Positions 27,228 to 34,902 of a DNA stretch of 64,000 nt are shown here, piece by piece. The stretch is from Bryobacteraceae bacterium (GTDB lineage Bacteria; Acidobacteriota; Terriglobia; Bryobacterales; Bryobacteraceae). Both the position numbers and the translations under genes were made by a program. Location: contig JBBCIQ010000004.1 of the NCBI GenBank assembly GCA_037190045.1, forward strand, positions 814,251-878,250. Reading direction: 5' to 3'. Position 1 is the stretch's first letter; the number at the start of each line of letters is the position of its first letter. Under the pieces are notes generated by a model. That model was not told the DNA's origin. It saw nothing but the letters and a program-made list of their open reading frames with translations, and made no database searches.

Positions 27228-28375
27228 GGAGTCTGGCGGGCCATGGCCCGTTCAATCTCCTCAATTTCCACGGGAAGGTCCGACGTCAGCACGGTTGCGC
27301 CGTCAGGCGTAATGAGAACCATGTCCTCAATCCGGATGCCGATATTCTCATCCGGGAGATAAACTCCCGGTTCCACCGTGATCACAGCACCGGCCTGTAG
27401 GGGAAGTTCATTGTCGGCTGCGTCGTGGACGTTGAGCCCGATATGATGACTGACGCCGTGAATCATCAGGTGACCCAGTTTGATTTCTCCAGCATTCAGG
27501 GCATCAGTAGCGGTCTGCCGGAGTTGTTTGATGGTGACTCCGGGACGTGCAGCAGCAATGACTGTGCGTTGCGCCTGCAGAACAGCCTGATAGAGCTGCT
27601 TCTGCCGATCTGTGAATTTTCCGTTAACGGGTACGGTCCGCGTGATGTCGGCTGCATAGCCATCGCACTCTGCCCCGGCATCCATCAGGATTAGTTCCCC
27701 TGCATCGATGCGTCGGGTGTTCCTGAAGTAATGGAGGATGGTTGCATTGGGACCACTGCCGATGATCGGTGGATAAGCATTGCGCTGGCATCCTTTGTCC
27801 CGGTACGTTGCCGTCAGTACATTAGCGATCTGGTATTCAAACTTTCCGGGTTTCAATGATGTCCAGGCAGCTCGATGTGCTGCAATCGTAGCAGCAATGG
27901 CCTTTCGTATCATGGCGATCTCTGCAGGAGATTTCTGCATGCGTTGCAATGCCAGCAGCTTTGTAGCATCGGCCTGATTCTTTTTGCGCAGCTTTCGCAG
28001 ATCTTTTTCGAGCAGATCCAGTGACCGGACATCCTGAATCCCAGTGAGATCTGTCACCTTGTCTTCCAGGGAAAGCCGCGGACCATGCCATCGTTCTGCC
28101 TTCTCATCCCGTTTTGACAGATAGAGTGTTTCCTGATCCTTCGACAGAACCAAAACACCGCCCGGATCACGGATTCCGGTCAGGTAATAGAAATCAGGCG
28201 ACTGGAAAAATCCATCTCGATTCTCATGTGATCCCTTTTCTGTCTCTCCATGAATGACGGCAAACCGATCCTGTAAGGCTTCACGGAAAATAGTCCGCCG
28301 GGAGGAAAACTCAGACAGCGGAATGTCGCTGCCCAGTACGGATGCTGCAATCAAAAGGATGAGCAGGCGGCTCAT
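27224..28375 (-). CDS. Xaa-Pro aminopeptidase (M24B), with signal peptide
   Basis: MSRLLILLIAASVLG leader. Metal-ligand blocks LILMDAGAECDGYAADITRT, HGVSHHIGLNVHD, VITVEPGVY and GIRIEDMVLIT. Confidence 0.88.
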   Translation of the reverse strand: MSRLLILLIAASVLGSDIPLSEFSSRRTIFREALQDRFAVIHGETEKGSHENRDGFFQSPDFYYLTGIRDPGGVLVLSKDQETLYLSKRDEKAERWHGPRLSLEDKVTDLTGIQDVRSLDLLEKDLRKLRKKNQADATKLLALQRMQKSPAEIAMIRKAIAATIAAHRAAWTSLKPGKFEYQIANVLTATYRDKGCQRNAYPPIIGSGPNATILHYFRNTRRIDAGELILMDAGAECDGYAADITRTVPVNGKFTDRQKQLYQAVLQAQRTVIAAARPGVTIKQLRQTATDALNAGEIKLGHLMIHGVSHHIGLNVHDAADNELPLQAGAVITVEPGVYLPDENIGIRIEDMVLITPDGATVLTSDLPVEIEEIERAMARQTP

Positions 28376-29733
28376 CCCTTGAGTATATCGGTGCCGGTTT
28401 CGAGCAACTGCTCCGCCCGTTCCGGAGAACGGGACTCCACTGCCAGCCGCAGAATGGGTTCGGTGTTGGATGCCCGCACATGCAGCCAGGCATCGTCAAA
28501 GCTCAGCTTGAGTCCATCGGATCGATCGGCGGTGGCATTGGGGAAGCGTTGTTCGAATCCCTGAATAATAGAGCCCAGCTTTCCGTTCTGGAAGGCCATC
28601 TTGACTCCCAGCCGGGTGAATTTCGGAAGGCGCTCCACCAGTTGCGGAAGAGTCTTTCCGGTTTCAGCCATCATGTCGAGGATAAATGCCATGCCTGTGT
28701 AGCTGTCGCGGCAGTAGTGAACGGTGGGGAAGATGATTCCACCATTGGAGCCTTCGCCACCAATGACAGCATTCACAGCGAGCATACGTTCGACAACATT
28801 GGCTTCGCCCACCGCAGAGCGATAGACCTTGCGATCATGCCATGCTGCGACTTCATCAATCACCGAGGAAGTGGTCAGGTTGACAACAACATCACCTGCC
28901 ATTCTGGAGAGCACTGCATCCACCACCAGTGCCAGCACATCGTCATTGTCGATGAGTGTTCCGTCAGGAAGTGCAATGGCGAGCCTGTCTCCATCCGGGT
29001 CCTGCGCAAAGCCGATATCGGCTCCTGTCGTGCGCATCAGCTCGGCCAGATCGCCCAGGGTATCGGGTCGCGGTTCTGCTTCACGGGGGAACGGCTTTGT
29101 CGGATCAATAGAGATTGCATGAAGCTCACAACCCAGCTCTTCCGTCAGGAATCTTGGCGACATGATGGAGCCCGCTCCGTTGACGCCATCCAGTGCCACC
29201 CGGAAATTCTTCTTGCGGATGCGTTTCTGATTGACACAGCCCAGTACACGTTCGATATGCATCCGCGCCGGAGTGGAGCGTTCCACGCTGATGCTGCCGA
29301 TACCGGAATTGGGTTCTGCTGTGAAGTCACCCTGATGGTAAAGATCGATCAGTTCAGATCGCTCAAACTGATTGAAGAACTGCCCCTGCTCATTGAAGAG
29401 CTTGAGCGCATTGTATTCCGGTGGATTGTGCGATGCGGTCAGCGCAATGCCACCACGAGCGCCTGTCGCAGCAACGTACATCTGGATAGTAGGCGTTGGG
29501 AGAACTCCCACCTGAACTACATCGCAACCCGTGCTCAGCAGTCCACAGGTAACAGCATGCTCCAGCATTGCTCCGCTTGCGCGGGTGTCCCGTCCCAGAA
29601 CCACTCTGCCGCGACCTGTGTAAGTGCCAAAGGCCTGGGCAAATTCACAGGCCATGTGAGGAGTGAGAAACTCTCCCACCACTCCTCGAATTCCGGAGAC
29701 GCCAATCTTCAGAAGGTGTTCGCGGGTTGCCAT
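28372..29733 (-). CDS. Phosphohexomutase (phosphoglucosamine/phosphomannomutase family)
   Basis: GVSGIRG, active-site loop GIALTASHNPPEYNALK, metal loop FAQDPDGDR, GGEGSNG, phosphate loop VRASNTEP. Confidence 0.85.
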   Translation of the reverse strand: MATREHLLKIGVSGIRGVVGEFLTPHMACEFAQAFGTYTGRGRVVLGRDTRASGAMLEHAVTCGLLSTGCDVVQVGVLPTPTIQMYVAATGARGGIALTASHNPPEYNALKLFNEQGQFFNQFERSELIDLYHQGDFTAEPNSGIGSISVERSTPARMHIERVLGCVNQKRIRKKNFRVALDGVNGAGSIMSPRFLTEELGCELHAISIDPTKPFPREAEPRPDTLGDLAELMRTTGADIGFAQDPDGDRLAIALPDGTLIDNDDVLALVVDAVLSRMAGDVVVNLTTSSVIDEVAAWHDRKVYRSAVGEANVVERMLAVNAVIGGEGSNGGIIFPTVHYCRDSYTGMAFILDMMAETGKTLPQLVERLPKFTRLGVKMAFQNGKLGSIIQGFEQRFPNATADRSDGLKLSFDDAWLHVRASNTEPILRLAVESRSPERAEQLLETGTDILKG

Positions 29734-31094
29734 TATGCGTATGTCCTTACTGTGTCCAGAACTTCATTGAACATGGATTCCGGTACCGTGTCTTTTTGTT
29801 CTGCAATGATGCGAACAATGGGTTCTGTCTGACTCACGCGTACATGAAACCATCTGTCCGGCCAGTCCACCCGAAGACCATCCATCGTATTGGGCCGGCC
29901 ATCACGGAAGCGTTCTTCCAGCGTGGTCAGCATCTGCGGAATCCGCTGGCGGGAAAGTGGAACTTCGGATTTCAGCATGCAATATTTCGGATATGCCGCA
30001 ACGATGTCACCTAACGGTTTTTTGCGCGATGCCCGCATTTCCAGCAGCGTCAGCATGGTGGCGATTCCGTCATAGACAAAGCGGAACTGCGGCATCATGA
30101 CGGCCCCTGTTCCTTCTCCGGCCAGAGCAATCTCTTCTGCTGGATACGCACTGAGTGCATCGCTGGCAGAGTTGCGTCCCACCGGAACACGGATGACTTC
30201 TCCGTTGTGAGATTTCGCAATCTCATCCAGCAGGGAGGTCGTGGACAAGTTGGTAATCAGTTTCTTGCCGGGTGCTCTTGCCATCAGGTGATCTGTAGCG
30301 AGCGCCAGTACCATCTCTTCAGAGATTGCTTCTCCTGTTTCCGTTGCAATCGCGACGCGGTCTGAGTCGGCATCGAAGAGAAATCCGGCATCCGCCTTTA
30401 ACGGTGCAATCAGGGGAGCCAGTTGCAGATTAACTGCTTTCGCGGACGTGGAAGGCTCATGAGCGAATGTTCCATCTGTGGTGGCGTTGATGAGGATGAA
30501 CGAAAATCCGTAAAGCTCATTCAATCGCTGCAGAATCAGCGAAGATGTTCCGTTCGAGCAATCTACCACGACGCGGAACTGTCGCAACTGTTCAAAATCG
30601 AAAACACGGGAAAGTTCGTCCAGATAAGAATCCAGTACCGTATGATCTTCGCGGCGCTGGCCCAGCTCATTCCATGGCACAAAGTGGAAGTGGCGGAGAT
30701 GATAGATGTCCAGCAACTCTCCGGCTTCCGGAGTGGAAAGATAAGTTCCCTGTGGACCAAAGAAACGAAGAGCATTCCATTCGGCAGCATTGTGACTGGC
30801 TCCGATAGAGATTCCTCCCGCTGCCTTGAGCTGACGGATTGCATGCTGGATGACAGGAGTGGAGACGACATCCAGGTCGATCACATCACGGCCGGATGCC
30901 AGCAGAGCTGCGGTCACCCCTTCCCGGATCATGACACCGCTGCGGCGTGGATCGCGACCGATCACCACAGGTCCTGATTCATGCAGAAAGGTTGCGAAGG
31001 CGGAAGCAAATTCCATTACTCGTTCAGGATTGATGCCGCTGCCAACGATTCCTCGCAGACCGACATGAGAGATACGAAGTGTACTGACTGGCAA
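29733..31094 (-). CDS. Phosphohexomutase paralogue with deviant active-site loop
   Basis: GLRGIVG, GISIGASHNAAEWNALR (Ser-His kept, Pro replaced by Ala), FLFDADSDR, AGEGTG, VRVSQTEP. Its stop overlaps the next start by 1 nt (TAATG). Confidence 0.85.
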   Translation of the reverse strand: MPVSTLRISHVGLRGIVGSGINPERVMEFASAFATFLHESGPVVIGRDPRRSGVMIREGVTAALLASGRDVIDLDVVSTPVIQHAIRQLKAAGGISIGASHNAAEWNALRFFGPQGTYLSTPEAGELLDIYHLRHFHFVPWNELGQRREDHTVLDSYLDELSRVFDFEQLRQFRVVVDCSNGTSSLILQRLNELYGFSFILINATTDGTFAHEPSTSAKAVNLQLAPLIAPLKADAGFLFDADSDRVAIATETGEAISEEMVLALATDHLMARAPGKKLITNLSTTSLLDEIAKSHNGEVIRVPVGRNSASDALSAYPAEEIALAGEGTGAVMMPQFRFVYDGIATMLTLLEMRASRKKPLGDIVAAYPKYCMLKSEVPLSRQRIPQMLTTLEERFRDGRPNTMDGLRVDWPDRWFHVRVSQTEPIVRIIAEQKDTVPESMFNEVLDTVRTYA

Positions 31095-31097
31095 AGG

Positions 31098-31799
31098 TTA
31101 TTTCTCCAGAACGATGCGGCCAAAGGCTTCCGGTACGTGATAGCTGGGCTGGCCTGTCGGCTGCCATGCGATTCCTGCACGATTCGGTTTTGGGCCCTGA
31201 AGACGATAAAAATTAATGCGCATCTGTTTGCCGGGCTTTGCCTGGGTAGGACCATTCACGTCGTTGATGCTTTCAATCGGGATCTGCATTTCGCCATACC
31301 AGATCTTCTTTTCCGGATCGATGGTGGCCTTTACTTTGAATCCTGAGTTCCAGAGCCATCCGCCTTCAGGAAGCGGATTATCCCGATCAATATCAAGATC
31401 CACCCATTCTCCCTGGGGAGAGACCTGATACTCGCGGTAATGCCGGATGTTTTTGAAGTCGGCACTGATAAAGACTTCTGCGACATCCCATTCCCAAAGC
31501 TGGTTCGTTTCTGCTTCTGTCGTGGGGTTGGGCTTCAGATAAAGCTCGTCATAAGGACAGATAAACAGGAAATAGATGTTCTTGTCGGTCCAGCGGGAGC
31601 GGATTTCCGTACGATGTCCGGGAGTCGGCTTTCCGAGTGGCCCGTTTGCTGCAATGACACCTTTCACTTTCTTCCATTGGCTGGCATCTGGATCAGCTGT
31701 CAGCTCAAAATCCTTCTTGATGTATTTGCTGCCGATGCGGGCTGGCTCTGCGGAGAGCCCGATGGACAGAAAAAGTGCGAGCAGAATCAATTTTTTCAA
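31098..31799 (-). CDS. Secreted carbohydrate-binding family 9-like (DOMON-like) protein
   Basis: Signal peptide MKKLILLALFLSIGLSA, with a TTG start overlapping the DegT stop as TTGA. Blocks RSRWTDKNIYFLF, WEWDVAEVFISAD, YREYQVSPQGEW, WYGEMQIP and INFYRLQG. Confidence 0.65.
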   Translation of the reverse strand: MKKLILLALFLSIGLSAEPARIGSKYIKKDFELTADPDASQWKKVKGVIAANGPLGKPTPGHRTEIRSRWTDKNIYFLFICPYDELYLKPNPTTEAETNQLWEWDVAEVFISADFKNIRHYREYQVSPQGEWVDLDIDRDNPLPEGGWLWNSGFKVKATIDPEKKIWYGEMQIPIESINDVNGPTQAKPGKQMRINFYRLQGPKPNRAGIAWQPTGQPSYHVPEAFGRIVLEK

Positions 31800-32908
31800 G
31801 CGAGTGCCTCCCGAATCTTTTGTGCAATCTGCAGGGTTGTTTCCTCATCCCCCAGCAGTGCCCGATGTGCCAACCAGAATGCTCCTTTTACGGCCTCTTC
31901 GGCTACCGGGCATTCATTGACAATAGCGTTACCCGGTTCAATGTAGATGGGGTTTTCGTAAAGCGTATGTGGATAGAAAGGAGTGCTGGGAATTCCGGCT
32001 TCTGTCAATTTGCGGCAGAACTCATCCCGGTTCTTTGCCCAACCCGTCAGCAGATAGTAGGACTGGGCGCTGCACTCCTCCGGTCCTTTCTGGAATTCCA
32101 GAACATCCGGGTGAATATCAGAGAGTTCTTTTTTCAGAAGCTCGGCGTTCCGGTTGCGCAATGCAATCTGCTCTGGAAGTCGCTCCAGTTGAGCGGTCAA
32201 AACTGCTGCCTGTAGGGCGGTGAGGCGCATGTTGGTGCCAATGGAATAGTGATGGTAAAAACTCTCTCCACTTTTTCGACGTCCCTGATTGATGAAACTG
32301 CGGACCTTGTCGGCCAGTTCCTCATCATTGGTAGTGACGATGCCCCCTTCGCCAGCAGTCATGACTTTGCCGTTCTGGAAGCTGAATGAACCGACTGTTC
32401 CCAGGCTGCCTGCTTTTTTTCCTCTCCATTCCGAACCATGAGCATGGGCAGCATCCTCAATGATGTGGATGTTGAAGGCTCTTCCCAGTTCCAGGAAGCG
32501 GTCAACCTGAGCCATCATTCCCCCAAAATGGACCAGCATGATGGCTTTGGTTTTGGCGGTCACGGCAAGTGCGGTGCGGATGGGGTCCAGATTGAAACTC
32601 TTCATTTCAATATCGACGAAAACCGGAGTCGCTCCCACACGGGAAACTGCCGTAGCGGATGCGATAAATGAAATGGCCGGAACAATGACTTCATCTCCCG
32701 GCCCGATTCCGAGTGCAGTGAGCGCGGCTTCCAGCGAAGCGGTTCCATTACTCACACTGATGCCGTGTGCTGCATCGTGGAAGGAAGCAAACTGCTGTTC
32801 AAATGTTCCGACGACTTCGTGGAACCCGCCCCACTGCGGGCTGTCGAGAACCTGCTGGATCAGCTCAAGTTCCCGATTGCCGGAAATCGGCCAGGATGGT
32901 ATCTGCAT
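31796..32908 (-). CDS. DegT/DnrJ/EryC1/StrS-family sugar aminotransferase (cytoplasmic)
   Basis: SNGTASLEAALTALGIGPGDEVIVPAISFIAS, and FSFQNGKVMTAGEGG containing the PLP lysine. Confidence 0.9.
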   Translation of the reverse strand: MQIPSWPISGNRELELIQQVLDSPQWGGFHEVVGTFEQQFASFHDAAHGISVSNGTASLEAALTALGIGPGDEVIVPAISFIASATAVSRVGATPVFVDIEMKSFNLDPIRTALAVTAKTKAIMLVHFGGMMAQVDRFLELGRAFNIHIIEDAAHAHGSEWRGKKAGSLGTVGSFSFQNGKVMTAGEGGIVTTNDEELADKVRSFINQGRRKSGESFYHHYSIGTNMRLTALQAAVLTAQLERLPEQIALRNRNAELLKKELSDIHPDVLEFQKGPEECSAQSYYLLTGWAKNRDEFCRKLTEAGIPSTPFYPHTLYENPIYIEPGNAIVNECPVAEEAVKGAFWLAHRALLGDEETTLQIAQKIREALA

Positions 32909-32950
32909 CGTACTTATCAGGATACGAAGGTTCTGGCAGTGACGGAGAAA

Positions 32951-33577
32951 TCACGAAAAGAAGGGGTTGTGGCGAATCTCTTCTGCGATGGTTGTATTCT
33001 CTCCATGTCCGGGAATCACCAGTGTTTCCCCCGGAAGCGTAAACAGCTTCTCGCGGATGGAGCGGATCAGGGTGGCATGGTCTCCACCTGGAAGATCTGT
33101 TCTTCCAATGGAACGCCGGAACAAGGTGTCGGCAGCAATCACACGCTTTTCAGAAGGAATCCACAGGGAAACGCTCGCGGGGGAGTGTCCTGGCGTAAAC
33201 AGGACACGGATCTCGGTCTTTCCCAGCTGTAGAGTGTCATTGCTCTTCAACTGGATGTCGATGTTGACCTTTTCCGGGGCTGGCACTCCTAGCCAGGCGG
33301 CCTGCTGTTCGATGGCATCATACAGAACCATTTCGCCCGGATGCATGGCTACTGTTGCTCCTGTTCTCCGCTGAATGTCGGCTGCCTCGCCAATGTGATC
33401 GATATGCGCATGGGTAATGACAATCTGGCGAACTGTCAGCTGATGCTGCTCCACCAGAGCCATGATGGAATCGATATCTGCGCCGGGGTCTACGACAATC
33501 GCATCCCGGGAATTTTCGTCGCCGAGGATGGAACAGTTGCACTGGAGCGCACCGACTGCAATAACTTCGTGAATCAT
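32951..33577 (-). CDS. MBL-fold metallo-hydrolase (glyoxalase II-like)
   Basis: ITHAHIDHIG metal motif, TPGHSP and IPGHG. Confidence 0.88.
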   Translation of the reverse strand: MIHEVIAVGALQCNCSILGDENSRDAIVVDPGADIDSIMALVEQHQLTVRQIVITHAHIDHIGEAADIQRRTGATVAMHPGEMVLYDAIEQQAAWLGVPAPEKVNIDIQLKSNDTLQLGKTEIRVLFTPGHSPASVSLWIPSEKRVIAADTLFRRSIGRTDLPGGDHATLIRSIREKLFTLPGETLVIPGHGENTTIAEEIRHNPFFS

Positions 33578-33595
33578 CTCTATACTCGTCAGTAT

Positions 33596-33976
33596 ATGGA
33601 CGAGGTTGTTTCAGTCATAATCCGAGCGGTTCACATTTTGAGCATCGTGATGCTTCTGGGTTCCGCTTTTTATATTCGTTTTGTGGAGAAAGGGGTAGAA
33701 CGGATTCCGGCCTGGTATGTCCTGCTGCCAGTGGTCGGGGTGATTTTTTCCGGAGGGTGGCAGTTCTGGACCACGATCCAGACGGGTGGAGTGGACAAGG
33801 GCTGGCACATGGTTTTCGGAATTAAAATGTTATTTGTGATGCATATTCTTGCCATCTCTCTGCTGCAGCTCAGGACGGTAGATGAAGATAAAAGAAAGCG
33901 GTGGATGACCGGAATCGTGGCAAGTGGCGTACTGGTGACGATCCTTTCTGCCACCATGAGGCTTTTACACGCATAA
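33596..33976 (+). CDS. Small integral membrane protein (4 TM), unknown function
   Basis: Start moved to ATG 33596 (MDEVVSVIIRAVHILSIVMLLG), because the longer track ORF overlaps the MBL gene. Its stop overlaps the next start (TAATG). Confidence 0.5.
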   Translation: MDEVVSVIIRAVHILSIVMLLGSAFYIRFVEKGVERIPAWYVLLPVVGVIFSGGWQFWTTIQTGGVDKGWHMVFGIKMLFVMHILAISLLQLRTVDEDKRKRWMTGIVASGVLVTILSATMRLLHA

Positions 33977-34902
33977 TGTCAGATCTGATGCAAGGATACC
34001 GGGCACTGCATACCAACAGTGCCTGGTATGACGTTTCAAACCGGGGAAGAATCCGGGTGGCCGGTGAAGACAGAGCTCGTCTTCTGCACGCCATGACGAC
34101 AAACCAGGTGAATGAACTCAAGCCGGGAGAAGGGAACTACGTTTTCTTCCTGAGTGCACAGGGTCGGATTCTGGCCGATGCCGTCATTCTTTGCCGGGAA
34201 GATCATTTTCTGCTGGATACAGAGCCGGAAACCCACACCAAGATTCTGGAACATCTGGATAAATTCATCATTGCGGATGACGTGACTCTCGAAGACGTTC
34301 GGGAGTCCACCATTTGCCTTGAGATCGAAGGGCCACAGGCAGAAGGACATCTGCGGTCTCTGGGCGTTCTTCCTCCCGAAACAGATTTTTCCTCAGTAGA
34401 ATGGGCCGGATCGCTGGTCTATCGTCTGGATGGAGAGCGGTTCCGGATCATCGCCGCCTCCGAAAATCGGGAAACTCTGGTTGCGCGACTGGGAGAAGAA
34501 GCCAGTTTGGAAGCAGCCCGCATTGTCAGGATGGAAAGAGCGATTCCTCGCTACGGGGAAGACATCACGGAACGTCATCTCATCCAGGAAACACGTCAGA
34601 TGCAGGCGGTGAGTTTCAGCAAGGGATGCTATATCGGGCAGGAGATCGTGGAGCGGGTCCGCTCACGTGGAGCTGTCCATAAAGGTCTGGCGTCTGTCGA
34701 AATTTCAGCCACAGAGCCTGTTCTGGTGGGTGCGGAAATTCATGATGAGAGCGGGGCAAAGTGCGGAGAAATGATGTCGTCTGTTTATTCACCGGCTCTG
34801 CAAAAAGTCATCGGATTTGCTTATTTGCGAACCGACCAGTTGGGGGCAGGTGCAAAGCCGATGAATATTGAGGGGAAAGCCGTATCCGTTCGTCAGGGCT
34901 GA
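33976..34902 (+). CDS. ygfZ: YgfZ/GcvT-family folate-binding protein
   Basis: Signature SKGCYIGQEIVERV (K-G-C-Y-x-G-Q-E) and an aminomethyltransferase-like N-terminal fold. Start moved to ATG 33976 (MSDLMQGYRAL). Confidence 0.8.
   Translation: MSDLMQGYRALHTNSAWYDVSNRGRIRVAGEDRARLLHAMTTNQVNELKPGEGNYVFFLSAQGRILADAVILCREDHFLLDTEPETHTKILEHLDKFIIADDVTLEDVRESTICLEIEGPQAEGHLRSLGVLPPETDFSSVEWAGSLVYRLDGERFRIIAASENRETLVARLGEEASLEAARIVRMERAIPRYGEDITERHLIQETRQMQAVSFSKGCYIGQEIVERVRSRGAVHKGLASVEISATEPVLVGAEIHDESGAKCGEMMSSVYSPALQKVIGFAYLRTDQLGAGAKPMNIEGKAVSVRQG

Noticed and set aside
28480-29832. A 450-aa ORF antisense to almost the whole phosphohexomutase gene. Similar long antisense ORFs occur at 44475..45359 (opposite hrcA), 55352..56212 (opposite nfo), 2629..3501, 424..1146, 56347..57081 and 46693..47274.
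   Set aside because: For the three I checked arithmetically (28480, 44475, 55352), the antisense ORF is in exact codon register with the sense gene. In that register, antisense stops correspond to the sense codons TTA, CTA and TCA, which these genes rarely use. These are expected shadow ORFs. Their translations are low-complexity and carry no motifs.
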